Origin: Takakia lepidozioides
Taxonomy: Eukaryota; Plantae; Bryophyta
Reading direction: 5' to 3'
Length of the DNA stretch: 64,000 bases
NCBI GenBank assembly: GCA_030704615.1
Contig: CM060732.1
Coordinates: 56,792,001 to 56,856,000, forward strand
How positions within the stretch are numbered: position 1 is the first letter of the stretch; each line of letters starts with the position of its first letter. A model generated the notes under the pieces. The model was not told the origin of the DNA. It did no database searches and worked only from the letters and a program-made list of their open reading frames with translations. Below, piece after piece: positions 62,057-64,000 of this stretch. The position numbers were made by a program, and so were the translations under genes.

Positions 62057-63200
62057 GGAGGATCAGGTAGCAAGCCCATGGGAAAACCATGATTCGAAGG
62101 CTTGAAAATAGAAAGGCAGCACCCCGCAACACCACGTAAAGGAGATGAAACGAGTGCCACAAAGGCTTCCAAGGGCACAAAGCATGTTGCAAAAGATTGC
62201 TTTCTTATAAAACTGAGGCAGGGCCAAGCACCTGTCCACCCTGAACAAATCCTCCGCATATTGAGTCTCTGAAGCAAAATAGACTTGAGGGCCAGACAAG
62301 ACATCATAATGAAAGGCGAGGTCAGGCAAGGGGAACGTCTAGGGACATTGAATGGAACCAAATGGCATTTGTCGACCCCTACTTGTCTTAAGTAAGGCCT
62401 TGCAGAGCTGAAGAGAGTGAAAAAGAGGGTGGCTCACCGGAGGGGGAGCTTGGAGAGCCAGATCCATCGGAGCCAGATTAGCCGAGGGAGATTCCACCTA
62501 CATCGTGGAAATGACCATGAGGCCGTCGCTGGAGTGAGGCTTTACCAAAGAGGCAGCGTATGCTTTGGCTTTCTCAGCAGCGAACAGAAGCGTGTTACCC
62601 TCTTGGAGTATTTCTGCCATCCGCTGCTTATCCCCTTGCAAGCCCACATCATTAGGAATGGAGTTTCCAGATAGCCACATCATGCTAGCAATACCTGCCT
62701 CAAGCAGTCTGACTTCGGAGAGCCTCATGACAGGCAAGACCTGTACAAAGAAATCATAAGGAGCAACGTTTTGATAAAAGAGGAAGGAGCCAAAGTAAAT
62801 TAATGTTTCTGCAGATAGAGAAAAGAGGGGAAGTTGGGAGGAGAAGATCTGCTTAACCTTGGAGATCATGAGGTCAATTTATTGAGAATCAATAAGAGAG
62901 AAAACATCAACCTCCGAGATATATGTGTTGAGGAACATATTATCACCCGTCAAGAGAATTGAAGGTTTCCCGTCTGGAAAGGCAAAGATGATAGGGGTGA
63001 TTTGGATCTTCACTGTAACTGATCCCACCAGTTTGCCGCTGTCATTACGAAGTCATGCTGTCTCAGATAAATAAACATTCGAGAAAGACTTCAATTGATT
63101 CAGGCAATAGCTTGCCAAATTCGGGGGGATCCCTGCTTCAAGAAAAAAAGAAGTTGGCTTACCTTGAATTTGCCTCTCTGAAAGAAGGGATTTGGACGGG

Positions 63201-64000
63201 ATCTTGCAGTCGTGATCTGCACCCGAAGCGACACGACGCACTGTTTTTCCATCTCTTTTTGATGGGTGGGAGTCGGCACCGGGTGGAGGCATTGCCGGAG
63301 CACGTGGCACATTTGTGCTGACAGTGCATGAGGGCACCACCCGGGACCGTGCAAGACAGAACCCTCCCTCCTCCAACATGCTTATCTCGGTTGATGACAG
63401 TGACGTCCCAAGTTTCACAGGCCAAATTGCGGGGGGAAGGGGCTTCATTATCACCGAAGGACGAACTGTTCCCTTGACGCATCGTGCCATATCGTCTGGG
63501 CAGAACCAGAACTTGTGGTCCTTTGACTCCCCACTATGATAAGGTCGGAACAACCCTGTGAATGTTGGAGCTGGAGTCCCCTGGAGCCTTTGCATATTTT
63601 TTATTTGCATTTCTTGAAAGAGGGGGTCCGAATTGCCATGCAAGCCACTCTAGATCCTGGTGGGGTGCATTCTATATGCCACTCACTGTCAATGCAATCA
63701 GATTCATGCACCATGGACACCACCTCCTCCAATGGGATTCCTGCTGCTGTGCTTGCATGATCTGCACCTGCTCCACTGGAGGAGGACCCACCTGGGAAGG
63801 GGCAGGCACATGACTTAGTCTGCACTGGAGACACCTTTGGTATAGAGAAATTGACCCTGTCCGGCCGATGGGAATCTCCATCCGACCCTGGAGGAGTGTT
63901 CAATTTCATTTTGCATGATCCAAATCTTTCCTCGCCTTCCAAATGGGGGATCCTGGATTGCAAAGGGGAGCCTTCAGTGCACCTGTTCAGAGCTTTGACC
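63201..64000 (-). mobile_element. MULE-SWIM family fragment (copy 4), continues beyond window
   Basis: Homologous to 5920-6141 and 48160-48520 (PHLEGEERFGS..RPDRVNFS..KFWFCPDD..WPVKLGT). Confidence 0.85.

Overview
Eukaryotic, plant-like sequence: intron-containing genes, GT47 and plant-type Par14 parvulin. The TE spectrum suggests a non-seed land plant, but that is inference. The window is mostly nested, decayed transposons around three host genes: a 4-exon VDAC/porin (21076-23342), a 2-exon GT47 exostosin-family glycosyltransferase (25782-27916) and an intronless parvulin with a long Ser/Arg-rich N-terminus (55271-56245, -). Mobile DNA comprises two divergently oriented Dualen/RandI-type LINEs, Ty3/gypsy chromovirus pieces with four related LTRs, four fragments of one MULE-SWIM transposase family, a piggyBac, L1/RTE-X LINE remnants, a tRNA-derived SINE with a 16-bp TSD, and a 3.9-kb palindromic satellite (~116/233 bp). 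Highlights: (1) a GC-rich Fanzor/TnpB C-terminal remnant followed directly by a folded omega-RNA-like segment (29245-29561); (2) both Dualen copies carry a chromodomain and a PCIF1/CAPAM-like adenine-methyltransferase-like domain between RT and RNase H, and one also has a 2A-like motif; (3) the SINE 3' half reproduces, with compensatory changes, the multi-hairpin 3' end of the Dualen LINE, suggesting a LINE-SINE partnership; (4) the chromovirus has a Tf1-type self-priming PBS. All calls come from manual motif reading, with no database searches, and TE boundaries are approximate unless stated.
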